Part shown: in pieces, positions 1-13,362 of the stretch
How positions within the stretch are numbered: position 1 is the first letter of the stretch
How the letters are laid out: the number at the start of each line of letters is the position of its first letter
The notes under the pieces: model-generated
Told to the model about the DNA's origin: nothing
Seen by the model: only the letters and a program-made list of their open reading frames with translations
Databases searched by the model: none
NCBI GenBank assembly: GCA_010909165.1
Contig: VJWM01000250.1
Coordinates: 1-64,000 of the forward strand
DNA: 64,000 bases
Origin: Anthoceros angustus
Taxonomy: Eukaryota; Plantae; Anthocerotophyta
Direction of reading: 5' to 3'
Position numbers and translations under genes: made by a program

Positions 1-85
1 TTCGATGATTCTTTCTTCTTGTAATGCCAGCGTTGCAACTTGTAGGCTGACTTGGTATTGATCAGCTGGCGGGCATCTGTCACAG

Positions 86-3000
86 GGAGAAGCTGAGAAT
101 AGAAGATGTGCCCCAGGATGTCGCTGTCATGGTTGCAGAGAAAAGGCGGGAGCTTATTGAGTCCGTCTCAGAGGTGGATGATGAATTGGCAGAGCAATTC
201 CTCAATGATGAGGAGATTACTGGCGCTAAACTCAAGGTGTGTGCTATTACCAGAATCTTTACTAGTCTAACCTGAGTCATGTCTGAGTGCGAGTTTGCCA
301 GCAGACACTGGCGAGGGCACTGTCTTAACACCTACCTGCATCCAAGTGCCACAGACCTCTATGTCCATGATTGTTGACGTATATGTTGCAGGAAGCCATT
401 CGAAGAGCTACTTTGGGACTCAAGTTCATTCCTGTTTTCATGGGAAGCGCTTTCAAGAACAAGGCAATGTGCAAATCTCACGTCATGTCAGCATTACACG
501 TTTCCTTTTTACCTTTTTGTTTATCAATTGCTATATAACTGAACGGCCTTCTGGTCATCAATAGGGTGTGCAACTCCTTCTGGATGGTGTGATAAATTTC
601 TTACCTTGCCCACTAGACGTTAGCAATTATGCTCTTGATCAAAACCGGGCTGAAGAGAGGGTGAGCCTGTCCACTATAATCTCTGATGTGTAGCAATTTC
701 TGCTGATGTATTACATGAGTTCCTCTGATCTGCTCTGTTTTATACCCTTAGGTTGTTCTGAGTGGAAACTCAGATAGTTCTCTCGTAGCACTAGCTTTCA
801 AGTTGGAGGAGGGTCGATTTGGACAGCTCACCTATTTAAGGTGCTCTACTGTTGGGTTCAGCTTGGTATTCAACCTTGCAAGTCTCCAATGCAGCTAGTG
901 TTAGACTAATTATAAGGATAGTGTGTTTATGGCTGTTGTAGGATATATGACGGTACCATAAGACGAGGAGACTATATTGTGAATTCCACCACTGGGAAGA
1001 AGGTCAAGGTATTGGCATATCTTGGCCTCTCTCTGTGACATTGGACCGTACTTGTTATCACGCGTAGTCAGATGTCATAACCAACTCAATACTGTGCTTA
1101 CAGGTCCCCAGGCTGGTGCGTATGCATGCGGATGACATGGAGGTACAGCCTGTCGAAATTAGCGTAGTTCTTGACCATGACATGGATGATGACCTTGCAT
1201 GCCTCTGGATTTGGTTTTCCGGTAAATGGGAGGCAATGTGCAGTGTGCGAGTCTGGCACTGTTGGAATGCTTAAGCAGTCTAACAGTATATATTGTGAAT
1301 AGAGTTGTGCATGGACTGTTTCAAATCATTGTGCACTGTTCTGAGGAAAGCCAAAGTTGATCCTTGCTCCTTTTTTTTGAAATATCTGGTGGGTGGATTT
1401 TTCTGTTGGAGTTTATGTGAAGGACTGACATAATAATCTGTCTAGGATATTCAAGAAGCTGAGGCAGGCGAGATTGTTGCAGTTTTTGGGGTAGAGTGCT
1501 CGTCAGGTTTGACATCTTTCCACCTCTCGTTCAGTTCTTTCAGTTTGGTGGTAGGAAGTGCCTTATTGGACGGTTGTGCTGCTAATTAGGGGACACGTTC
1601 ACCAATGGATCTGTCCGATACACAATGTCTTCTATGAATGTGCCTGAGCCAGTGATGTCGCTGGCCATTGCACCGTCCTCAAAAGCAGTTGGTCCACAGG
1701 TATTTAGAAGTTTTGTTGCCTTGTTAATATCACAGACAGCTCATCAAAGCAGAAGTATTGAACAGCCTTGCTGCCTTTGGTAACAGCCAGTATTGTTGTA
1801 AGCAGTTCTCTAAGGCGCTGAATCGTTTCCAAAAGGAGGATCCCACATTCCGTGTCAGCATGGATCCAGACAGTGGGCAGGTTTTTTTCCCGCGTTTGTG
1901 CCACCGATCCAAATGAATTTGATTTAGCAAACTGGGGGCTGCTGATAGAAAGTGTTCTGGTGTTGTGTTCAGACTATCATATCTGGTATGGGAGAACTGC
2001 ACTTGGACATCTATGTTGAACGTATCCGGCGTGAATACAAGGTTGGCTGGAGAACAATAGTGCTGTTATTGTCCGGCGGAATGGGTAGTTTTTGCCCACT
2101 TTTCAGCTGACTCTCTCTGTTTAATCTGTCAAGGTTGATACCGTGGTGGGTAAGCCACAGGTTAATTTCCGTGAAGCGATTACACAAAGGGCCGAGTTTG
2201 ACTATCTACACAAGAAGCAAAGTGGAGGGCAAGGTCAATATGGTCGCGTTGTGGGGTCCGTATTTGTTTTCCAATTAGGACTACGATGCCCAGCAGGCTT
2301 CTTTCTTGGTGCAGCTACATGTCCTCCATGGAGGACCATTTTTCCTCCCTCACCGTAATTGTTGGTTTGGTTTCAGCTACATAGAGCCACTGCCTGGAGG
2401 GAGTGGAAAGAAGTTTGAATTTGAGAATGTCATGATCGGCCAAGCAGTACCCTCAAGTTACTTGCCTGCCATTGAGAAAGGCTTTCTTGAGGCTAGCAAT
2501 TCGTGAGCATGCTATCTCTAAACTTTTGGTGATATTTTTTGTTTCTAACTTGTCAGCCAAATCGGTTACTGTAGGTTATCTCTGCAGCTCACACAAATAG
2601 AGATGTCCTAAGATTCTATTCAGCTTTCCTCTAGTTGTTCATTACGATTAGGATGATCTCGGGTGTATCTAACGAGTGAGGTTTTCAGTGGCTCACTGAT
2701 AGGTCATCCAGTGGAGAACGTGCGGGTTGTGCTTACTGACGGTGCATCACATGCTGTTGATTCAAGTGAGCTTGCCTTCAAACTGGCAGCATTGTACGCC
2801 TTTCGACAGGTATTTTGGGATGGTATTGCCATTGGGGAATCGGGATCTCGCCCGTAATGTCGTTTTCTTAGTTTCTCTTGTGCACAGTGCTATGCAGCTG
2901 CAAGACCTGTGGTGCTAGAACCTGTCATGCTCGTCGAGTTAAAGGCACCTGTGGAGTTCCAAGGCTCGATTATTGGTGACATAAACCGGTGAGTGGCTCA

Positions 3001-3722
3001 TCAGTAGTTTCTGTAAGATGGAGGTTTCATAGAGGGCTTTGCTTTTATGGACGAATGAGATGTCTGCTAGACACAAGGGGATCAGTAATCTCTCGTGCAG
3101 TTTGTGGCAAGCTTCATCATGATTCCAACTGTTCATGGAAAATGGCAGGAGGAAGGGAATGATTATTGGGAGTGAACAAGATGGCGACGATGCTATCATC
3201 ACTGCACATGTAAGGGCCTACCAACTAATTGAAGTCAGGATTGTTGGCTTGTCATATACAGTCTTCAACGTTGTTCGCTGTCGCTGTTTCTTCGTCCACG
3301 CAGCAAGAAAGCTCGTGTACAAGTCTTTTTGGCCTTTTGGAATTCGAGGTTTTGTGATGTCCCTGATCAAGTGTATGGCTTCCATGCACCGCTGGATGGC
3401 TTAATGCTCTGTCAGCGGGAGTTTGGATTCACAAGGCTGAGCGGGCTGCCACTAGTGTGTAACGTCCTCACTGTGATATTTTTTGTTGCAGGTTCCTCTG
3501 AACAATATGTTTGGCTACTCAACCGGGTTGCGATCCATGACTCAGGTGCGGTTTATCCTCTATCATTGTGTGTCCTTGTCCGGTAAAAAGTACTCCACAC
3601 TGATTTTTGTTTTACAGGGGAAAGGCGAATTTACTATGGAGTATCTTCGGCATAACGCGGTTCCGCAGGATGTGGAAGCTAAGCTTGTAACAGAGTTCAA
3701 GGAAAAGAAGGCCAAAACGTGA
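86..3722 (+). CDS. GFM1: Mitochondrial elongation factor G (EF-G1), 3' part; 5' exons lie before the window
   Basis: Spliced exons (approx. 86-236, 392-463, 565-660, 752-840, 942-1008, 1104-1142, 1446-1507, 1590-1699, 1806-1880, 1973-2041, 2134-2255, 2378-2502, 2689-2809, 2888-2988, 3149-3209, 3492-3546, 3618-3722) translate to EF-G motifs: [100 protein letters not shown]; stop TGA at 3720-3722. Confidence 0.95.
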
Positions 3723-4229
3723 AGCGTATTTTTTGCTCGGCCCTCTCTTTTTTTGATGAACCGCTCAGGGCTGAGAGGTTTCGCGATCAAGGAAAAAGTC
3801 AAAAGCATGGATAGCAGTAACTTCATTTATGTTATTCGACAATCCTTCAGCTAAGTACTCAGCCGTGGACCATATCAGTGGCTCAGAATTTTTGAACTCC
3901 CTGGTTTCGGATCCAAACGGTGTTTTGAAGCGAAGTTATCCGCGGTTTTTCGGTCCAGCTACGGACGGAAAATGTGCGGCTTTCAACGTCACCATTTTCT
4001 TCACCATACCTTGAGCATCTTTAGATTTACACCGCTGCCACAACCAGAGTTATCTACATCAAAGCAAGACCATTTCCGCACCAACAGACGTTCAATACTA
4101 TTGATCTGTCGTTCAACAATGGCTTTTATTTTCGTTCTTAATTCTTCTTGCAGCTTCATCCTTTTCCTTCCCTCCTCGCCCTGCCTTGAGTGCAACCATT
4201 CGACTATCCAAGTCCACGCTTCCTATGTG

Positions 4230-6687
4230 CTACATATGTGGTTCCCGAATGTCCACAGATAAATGTCCGTCGTTACCCTGGCTGATTCGCAGTTTGTTGT
4301 CGATGTACCTGCACGCGCATGTACGAACTTTTCTGAAATACAAGTTCTTCGGTTCACATCCATATCACCCACCTTGATAGGAAAGCACAAGCTACTTACA
4401 GTATGTCTAGGTAGCCGTCTTCACTTGCGTTCGGGAAGGGGATGCGTAGAGTTCCAATTTCAATCATACGTCTGTTGATTTGCACCCCGCAACGTCGGGT
4501 GGAGCTCGCTCTGCATTACAAAGATGAGAAACCAGATGGGCAACACACACAAACAAACTGAATCGACAAAACCAGCTATGAAATATGACTGACGCTGGCG
4601 GAGCGCTCTGTGCACCGTACACTGACACAGTGCTTCCTTCAGTGCGGAACAGGATTCCAGGGAAAACTTCTACCACATGTTCCACGGCCCCATCCTCTGG
4701 TCTGATAATCTGGATAGCACAGATGGAAGGATCCATAAGATCGATCACAGGCAGTGTAACAGACCATGGCCCCAAGGGACAAGACTATTCACAGCTTGCT
4801 GACGTCCTTAGCCCAAAACAGGAACCAGTCATTGCACACAGGAAAAACCCAGTCCAGCGTAACAAATGCTCTTTCCTGCTTGACAGTAAAAGAAACATCT
4901 GAGTCACCCTCCTGCTGACCTGCCAGTTCGTAAGAGTAGCTGTTGAACGCTGAAGCCAACTGGCCTTTGCTGCCTACAGCCCAAAGCAAATATCTCAGCC
5001 TAAGGGCAATCCCATGGAAGTGTCAGGGTACTCATTGAGACAACCCAACCTGTGAGCGCCACAGATTTCGCCATCTGCCGGGTAGGACGGCTAGATTCAC
5101 CTCTTTAGAATGCTGAGCAAGAAACTCCTCAATAGCCTACAGAACCACACAGATGCCATTGAGTGGTTCAGCAAGCTGCCATAACGTGACATTGCTATAC
5201 AAGTATTCATCATGTTACAGAAAACCTTCTCGACATTGGCCCCAGAAGACACGGTTTGCAGGAGTTGCTGGCGAGCGTCAAGACTCCTTTGTAAGACAAA
5301 TGTGGTACCCTGCAATGGGAACTGTGAGACATCCAAGGCAAATTGCAAGGTATCCCATAAGCAGTCAACCACTTTATCTTCTTCTCTCTATAACATTACC
5401 TTGTTGCCACGAGCAATCCTTACGGCACCAGATGGTGACAGGTAAGTGATGTCAATCCAACCTTTTGCCTTGTCTCCAAGCAATCTGAATGGCACCGGAT
5501 AAGGCACCTTGAAATGCAAAAATTTGAAGGAAAATGCAGCTCTATCAAACTGAAAGACAATCCTCCTCTCGTCCTGAATTGAAGCAGCAGCCTGAAATGC
5601 CTCAGCCAGCAAATTCTGCTACGATCAGACCCTCCATATGCAAACACTGAATTTAGAGAATCGAACAACTGCTAATACCCCAACAAGACAAACCTGCAGC
5701 TCTACCGCCAAATAAGACCACTATTCCTGGCACTTAATTGCCAGAAAACTATGTACGTTGGCTTCACAGAAGAGGTACGGACCTCTATTTTAAGCTCCCC
5801 GATCTCTTCAGAAAACCTGATAGTGTTGCACACTCTTTTCTGATCGGTATCGACAAGCGCGAGGGACTGAAAAACTTCAAATGAATCTATTCCGACAAAC
5901 GTTCGCTGCACGTAACAAGGGCACAGCACGAGAGCCTTACTGTCTTCTACAACTCCATATGAAGTGGCAGGCCGGCAACAACCGGAGATGAAAAGAAAGA
6001 CCCTCCACATACTTGGATAGGGGACGCAGTAGCGGGCCTTGTTAAATAGACCAACCTCCATGTCCCGTCTATGAACGGTGACCTTGTCTGCACATTCAGG
6101 GGGGATTTCGGAATGACCCACAGGGAGTGACTGTCCACGTGGAAACCAACTGGAGAACAACAGCTGGATACAATGTAGCCGAACGGGCTGGACCTAATCT
6201 ATGCTAGAACTCACCGCATTTGGCAACCCTTTCAGTTCTTCCAGCACTTTCACTGCGTCCCGAACCTCCTGCACCCATTGTGAAACGCCTTAGCCTGTTT
6301 CCAACCACATTCTAACCCTCCAGCATTGCAAGCCTCCACCACCACCGCAACGAGATTGAGATGAATTCGCAAAATTTTGTCAAAGAGAAGCAAACGATTG
6401 ACCTGTAGCTGCTTGACAGAAGTAGCCCTCACACGGCCTTGCATGCCAAGCAGAGCCTCTAAAAGCGAGGCCTCCGCCCCTGCCACTTGATCCTCGTCCG
6501 GGACTGAGGAGGGAGCCGTTCCCCCTCCACTCTCCACCGCTTTCCCCAAGACTCTGGTTCGTGCAGAACTGAATCTGCAACTCGATAATGTGGGTCTATG
6601 ACAAGGACGATCGATTGGCCACTTACGCTGCGAAGTGCTCACGGTAGGCCCAGACAGGCCCCAAACCTGCTGACTTGCCGCCATCAT
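4230..6687 (-). CDS. FBN10: Plastid lipid-associated protein/fibrillin with two PAP_fibrillin domains, FBN10 (PAP12) type
   Basis: Transit-peptide-like N-terminus, then LLEALLGMQGR, FIDGTWRLVYLTRPATASPIQ, RTFVGIDSFEVFQ, FDRAAFSFKFLHFKVPYPVPFRLLGDKAKGWIDITYLSPSG, GTTFVLQ, GRWRNLWRSQ and last exon YIDNKLRISQGNDGHLSVDIREPHM* (stop 4230-4232). Colinear with Arabidopsis FBN10 as recalled; GT-AG introns. Confidence 0.9.
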
Positions 6688-7590
6688 TCGATGAAACTGT
6701 AGCAGTAGACGACCTACTCACATCGTGACACCTACCATACTGAGTGCCGGTGGGTTGCACCTTACAATATCGTCACTTTAGTTTTGAACCACGCTCAGAA
6801 TGTTCCTGTTGATAGATGATTTATCTGAGGTACCTACAATGGAAGTCGTTAGCAGGTTTGAGCCTGTACCAAGGCAAGCATGAGCCATCATCCAGGATTA
6901 GACAGCAGAGGGTTCTGATGGCCGGGTGATTCCAGAAATCCAGATGTTGTCACTAAACTGATTAAGTGGTCCTCTTTAAAGGGCTAAGTTCTTTGGAGAA
7001 AGCAGGCAGAAGGCTGGGCAGTATGGGTGGATTGAGAAGAACACAAAAAAAGCACCTAGGAATACATCAAATTTGCAGAATACGCATGGGACTTGTGAGT
7101 AAGAGAGATTCATCTAATTGAGAAAGACTTTTGAACAGACGTCCATATGGAACACCAGTGCTGGGACTACAATCCTGTAGCAGGAGGGTTCTCCAACACA
7201 CAACACACACCAGTTCACACAGATTCCTTTCATCTGTTGATCGGCATTCCAGCGGCGGCCAATTCCCGACCCGGTAACCTATGCAGTGTTCACCCCCACC
7301 TTGTATGGCCCATCCACATGAACTTCCTTAGATAGCTTCGTGTGGTGTTGTATGTAATGTGGATTGTTTACGTATAATCACGTAACCCTTCCGCAATCTA
7401 TGCAATTATCATATTTCAGTCCCATGACGGAAATCCATCTTTAGTGGACTTCAATAAAATTCTTCTTCTCCTTCTTCCTTACGTAGATTACTTTATCTCA
7501 TGGGAAGTTTTATGTAATAACAGCCAGGGTATCCACTTTCCTTAGCTAGCTTACCTTATCCTCTTTCCTTAACCAACTTACTAGATCTCC

Positions 7591-7641
7591 TTTCGCGAAA
7601 AAGAAACTTTCGCGAAAAAGAAACATTCGCGAAAAAGAAAC
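7591..7641. repeat. 3 x 17-bp tandem repeat TTTCGCGAAAAAGAAAC containing the palindrome TTTCGCGAAA
   Basis: Units 7591-7607, 7608-7624, 7625-7641 (one mismatch in the third). Confidence 0.95.
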
Positions 7642-7874
7642 TTTATCCCGTGAGGTGCTTTATGTAATGAACAGATCAAGGTAACCTCCGTCCTTGGCTA
7701 GCTTACTTACTTAAAGACTACAATTAACTTAAATGTCAGCAATTGAGATTTTAATTAAACGTATAATTACCAGTACAGTGGATGGGAACGATAGTGACTT
7801 CGTTTCACAGTCTCGATCGCGCTGATCGCACAGCGATCTGGTTGTGCATAGTTCAACTATTTCCTCCTCTCCTG

Positions 7875-9663
7875 TCACCCTTGCTTTGAACGCCTCCCGA
7901 GGAACCCCATGAGAAAACGTTTACTGGAAGGGTGTGGCTCATCAATGCTGGCAGATGGACCAGATTGAAAATCAGTGGGAGCCTGCAGGACACATGTGTC
8001 AACGTAGAGTAAGCAGAGCTACATCACCCATCTCTAACAAAGGACGAGTTATAAACAAGCTGCTACAATTCAACCACGGTGTGGAATCTTATGTGGCCAG
8101 CATGAATTGCCTTTGTTGTGCAGGAATCTACTCGGAAAGGTTCCTCTTCGTCCACAACTTTCCTGGAGAATGTTTGCTTGCATAGCATATCATATCAAAG
8201 CATGCGGTCAAGATTTGAAATGATGACTTACATTTCGTGCAGGTGAGGCAACAGATGTTGCAGCTGCAGATCCATGAGCTGTTTGAGTACTAGGCTTTGA
8301 CCTGCTGGCAGCTGAAGGTGAAGACGCATTGCTGGCAGATTCTAGATCTAAGAAGAGTTGGGAAGCAAGTAAATCAATGTACAGAAGAGCACCAAAAGTA
8401 AATCGCAACCATGGCCAATTGCCTCATGGAGAGAACGTGGAAAAGAAGAAGCGTACCAGATGACGACGAGGCAAAAGATCCTTGATTGAAAGAGGACTGA
8501 GTTCGCACACTGCTGGAAGTAGGAGTTTACTGTAAAGAAAGTGATGAAAGAAGCAGACAAAATACAAAAGCCGTGACGTATGTGCAAAAAGATTATTGTT
8601 ACTGGGCAGCGAAAACTAATTACCTGTTAATCGGATGTGGGTGAGTGGAATCTGATGCCAAATGCCATAGCAGAGATTTTGACCCACTTGCCCCTGATTA
8701 TGAAGAAAGTGATCAAACGACAGCAAACGCCACCAGTTCTTAAACGTCTTCTCTATTTGAAGCTGTGGATAATAGTTCTCCAAACACGTACCTCGATAGG
8801 ATTGATCAGGATGCACAGGACGAAGTTGCTCGGGGTTGAAAGCTTGAGGAAACAATTCTGGACTCTGTGCTCTCTCTTCTGCTACAGGATCTGCGATAAC
8901 AGAAGTGGTCGTGAAGAATCTACAACAAGGTATGATAAAATCACTGAACATGCAGGCCATTTCGTGGCCACGTCTTGCCTTTGAGAATGTAATGGCTATA
9001 ATTTCGTGGGCACGTCCTGATCAGAGACTGTTGCTTCATCCCCTCACGGTCAGAATGCTCCTGACATGAGCGCAGACGCTAGAATGCCCGATCACTCTGA
9101 GTCAATAATCTTTGATGTTGTGCCCACGACAAAGACTGCAAGATAATGAGCATATTCGTACTTGAGAAAGGGAATCGCTGCGAGTCTGGATGACGGAGAG
9201 CTCATTATTCTCCTGGGCTAGCAGATCATTCAGCTTGTAAGCAACAGTCCCCAGGTGATCCACAGCATTTACAAGAGCCTTGATTGAATAATCTTTTAGA
9301 TTTTCCAGCACCCTAAGCACGGCCCACTGGGTTACGAGCATGACCACCACGGCAACCCTACACGCACGTACAAGGAACAAAAACGACACTTACACGTGCT
9401 TCTGGTCACTGTAGTGATAAGAGGACTCGAAGTATTCTGCCGCAGAGTACAACTGCGGACGCAGATTCTTCAGCTCCTGGTGGTGAACACGCCGAAATTT
9501 CAGAAACACTGAGAAGTCACAAGAGAGTTTGAATTCAATGATACATCAAGGACCTAACCTGCAGAGCCACGATAAAATTCCTGCTGCGCTGCATAGAGAA
9601 TTCATCATAGGTAAGATGCGACTCCTCGGACGCTGCGGATGTCGGTGGTGCACGATGCTCCAT
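7875..9663 (-). CDS. ABIL: ABI-like protein (ABIL; SCAR/WAVE complex subunit)
   Basis: Exons translate to TYDEFSMQRSRNFIVALQ|ELKNLRPQLYSAAEYFESSY...|VLENLKDYSIKALVNAVDHLGTVAYKLNDLL...|RLRSCQEHSDREG...|SKSLLWHLASD...|PSSKRFLMGFLGRRSKQG*. ATG 9661-9663, TGA 7875-7877. Confidence 0.9.
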
Positions 9664-10049
9664 GGCGACTGCCACGTTCGACTTCTCAGCCTAAGCTCGA
9701 ACCTCGAAGGTGAGGGAGCAAAAAATACCCCAGCACCTCCCACAGAGAGGAAAACCGAGAGAGAACATAAATTTCCTTTTTCCACGGTGGCGATTTTAGG
9801 TTGTAAGTCGTGAGAGTCCACGCTAGGAAAGCCGGGCCCGCCTCCGTCGGGTAGACGACGTGTTCTCCTAGGAACTTCGGCTTCGGCAATCGAAAGGGGA
9901 AAAAGGAGACATTATTATGAAAAACAGAGATTGGAAAACCTATCTACCCCAAAAACAAGAGGAACAACCCTTAGAGGGCATCAGACCATAGGGGATTAAC
10001 CCCCATTGTCACCAATCACGTAACTGCCTATTGCACCAAGGATATCAAA

Positions 10050-10700
10050 ATCGGGGATGCGAAAGAGCTTATCCACCACCGGTGCTGAAGAAGCCACCTA
10101 CCTCGCGCTTCCTGATAGAATACACCACATACAATGCCTGCCCGGCGGCGTTGACACTGCTGCAGAAGCCACGATACATGAAAGAGGGAGGCCAACCCCA
10201 TTCCTGCGACTATGCTACTCCCTGGCACAGGTCTTAAGGAACCTAGAAAAGGCCTTGCCCATAGCCCCATGGATCTCGATGGCGAGGGGGATGAAGGCGT
10301 GCCCCTGCTGCATAGGAGAGTACTTACGAACCTTCGCCGTGGCACATCCCTCCGCCACCCACCCCAGAGGGTTGAGGATCACATGCTCATTGACGGAATC
10401 CCGAGTAGGGTTAGTGACAACCACATCTGCACCCGAAACCTGGTTCCCTTGGGCCAAAAAACGGTCCGCTCAGAGGGAAACCCCATTATGCAAAGTATGA
10501 GGGCGCTCCCTGTAAGGAAGCGAGAGACTAGGATGGGAGCAGAGAGGGCCTAACTTCCAAAGAAAGCTGCCGGCGCTGAGGCTTCCGTAGCCGAAAGACC
10601 AGTGCCCCAAAACGCGACAAGGAGGGACACCTATCGCCTGGTGTGGGAGGGAAAACCCCGGGGCTTCCGAGGCTTCCCCCTCTAGCGGCCACACTTATCC
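10050..10700 (-). mobile_element. Degenerate 3' fragment of an RLE-type (CRE-like) non-LTR retrotransposon
   Basis: One frame reads ...GVSL*ADRFLAQGNQVSGADVVVTNPTRD...ATAKVRKY...GHAFIPLAIEIHGAMGKAFSRFL, matching the restriction-like endonuclease pattern (D..D/V...K..KY...F.PLA.E..G). The internal stop is a plausible CGA>TGA change. Confidence 0.6.
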
Positions 10701-10749
10701 CACCGCTGCTTCAGGCTTGGGTTTCATTCCCATGAGACTTGTGTGAAAG

Positions 10750-12620
10750 ATCGGGTCTTGGGGAAAACAATCGCTATCCTCAGAGTGACACAATTCAGCC
10801 TTCTAAACAAGCAAGGCGCCTCTACTCTCCCTCTTACAGCTGCACCACCGTGACCGCCCAAAATCACTCAATCCTCAACCTACATACAACGATGGGCTTG
10901 GCTGCCTTAGCAAAGAAGAAGTCTATCACGGCGCCTGTGGACCCCTCGATCCACACCGCGATCTCGTCCCTACTTCTAAGATTAATTTTCCACCTGTGGA
11001 GCGCTCTTACTTGGTGCATTTGGGATTCGCCCTTAGGCTCGCCTCACTGTGGCCTTCCACCAACACCTACACTCTAATCCTCCACTCATCTCCTCCTCTT
11101 CCTCCTATTCTAACCTCGCCTGGGCTTACTAGCCTCGGCTTTACGCACAACCGCTTAGGGTCCGCTACACACCAAAGAAGTTCTTCCTCCGGCCAAGTGA
11201 GTTTGACACTGACAATGAACCTCCAGTGGAGTCTTCCTAGTCTACCCTCGCCGAGAGTTCCTCGGCATTGCCACACACCCAAAGCAAAGCACCACAAAGA
11301 ACTATCTACTAAGGGGAGCAACTGCTGAGGCGCAGTAGGAGCAAGCCTCCACCAAGCACTCCAACCACCGCTCCTCTACTACTGCGCTGGCTCACAAGAC
11401 AAAAAATTCCTTTACAAGGGCAAAGGACTCACTTAGCATGGAAGCGCAAGACGTGATACTTACTTCTAGGAAATCCTCCTCCTCTATAGGCCTCCACATA
11501 CACCTCCTTGGGTGACCCCGCCGCAGCCACCTTTCCCAATAATATTTTATTATTTCCACCAAAAGATTTAAGTCCTGCATCTAAGTCTACCTCTGCTCTA
11601 GGTAAATTCTATTCTAGCAACTTCACCTAAGATCATTAAAGAATGTCCGGCTACATCACCTATCCTTCCCATTCCCCAAAGCTCATTTATGGTCATTGAC
11701 CATTCCTAGTCCTCATCTTGCCGGGTGGTATTGGCGTCACCTTGTGGATTGGCTCGCCTCTTTTGCCCCCGCCTCCCTGCATCTCCCTTCCTAGCTTGTG
11801 GGGCAAGTACCATTTGCCCCTTCCTTCCGCCTGCTGGTGGCGCCTCAGTCCTCTCATCAAGGATCGCGCCTCCGCCTCAGCGACCCATTTTCCAACCTCC
11901 GGCCCGCCCTACCGGCCCCTTCTATCGACCCCCACGTAGTCTAGCGTATCACCGGGAGATACTACCCACCATGTGCGTAGTCCTGGTCCCTCATCTTCCT
12001 TCCTTCCTTCCTCTTCGCCTAAGTGATGACTCTGGGCTTGAGATCCTCTTTGCTCCTTCCCCCTGTTTGATTTGTCCATACCTATCATGGAGCATGTCTT
12101 CAAGGATCCTTCCCCATGTTGTCACTAACTCCTGCAGGGCCTCTTCGCGTTGGTCTCCTCTCCTGGCCCTGGCTCCTCCCTTATTCGTAGGGTGAGGGAA
12201 TTTCTCACCTTCCCCATCCTCCGTGAGTGGACCCGCCTTCCTCCTCGTTGGGTTGCCCTTCCACCGCTCTGTCTCCTTCTCCTGGGGGTACACCGATGGA
12301 CCCCCCGGCTCTTCCATCCTCAGCCAGGCCTTCATGGCCCGGCTCCCCATCAGCCCCAGTGCACGCCCTACCGCAGTGGTGGTAGACTCTTGGCGTGGGG
12401 TGGCTCCCCGCGAGTCGCGGACTACCATGGTAGGGAGTGGTCCTCGTGGTGGGGTGACCCCCTGTGGTGGGGCATCCACCCACACCTTGCTCTCGGCGCC
12501 ATCTTCCTAAAGGCCCATCCCTCCTACTATGAGGCCAAGAGGGCCCTTTCGCATCTAAGGAGGCCCCGACAAGCTGCAAAGGTGAAGCCCGAGCCTTGGA
12601 CATTGACCCCAAGCCTTTGA
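10750..12620 (-). mobile_element. Highly decayed retroelement-like coding debris (family unresolved)
   Basis: Trp-rich, stop-interrupted frames on the minus strand plus a GC-rich low-complexity ORF (11991-12485); shares the CTACC-nn-GGTAG motif with the 13.4 and 16.0 kb TE segments. Confidence 0.3.
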
Positions 12621-13362
12621 AGGGTGGATGATGGATGGGATGCCAGAAGAATGGGGCAGTATGGCCCTTAGGTGGGAGGAACTAGCTTCAACAACACTTA
12701 CTGCAATTGCTTGGGTGGACATGAAGAAGGAGATCAAGTCTGAGCTAGGTTGGTGAAATCGCACGCCTTGGTTTTCTCTGTCTTTTGATGATGAGGTCTC
12801 ATAGCTTTGACGGTTTCTGATGGCTGCGTTTTTTCTCAGTGCTGTAGGAACTGGCTGGAGTAGTAGTCTGAGGGAGGGAGCACAGGTGCCTAGGGGAGTA
12901 GTGGTGGTGCTTCGCTTTTGTAAGTCGGAACCTTATACAGTAGGAATTCTTTTTGTAACTTACTTTCTCAGCCCATGCTTGGACTTTGACTCATGTTTTC
13001 CATGGAGATCAGTGACGGGAAGGAGCTTTAGGCATTTGTTTTCTCTGGTAAACTTCAGATGCTTTTCAGTGGACTTGGTGTGTAGAGGACTTGGTGTGTA
13101 GATTTGGTATGTTTCTTGTTTGGAGACAAGGTGTGGAACGCAAAAGTTTGGGCCACTGGATCAAGTGAGTTTGTTTTGGAACAGGTCCAACTTCTGTTGG
13201 TTAAAAATGATTTGGAGGAAACATGTTGGAACTTTTTTGGTTCTTTTGAAGCTGGACTCATAAGATAGTGTTAGGAAGGTAGGAAGGAAGCTTAGGGAAG
13301 AAGAAACAGGTCGAAATGACCTTGTGGCGAGGAGAGTAGGTGCCAAACGTGAACGGTAAGGG

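Noticed and set aside
4001-4195. 64-aa minus-strand ORF between EF-G and FBN10
   Set aside because: Lies just downstream of the FBN10 stop (probable 3' UTR), has no ATG start and no recognisable homology.
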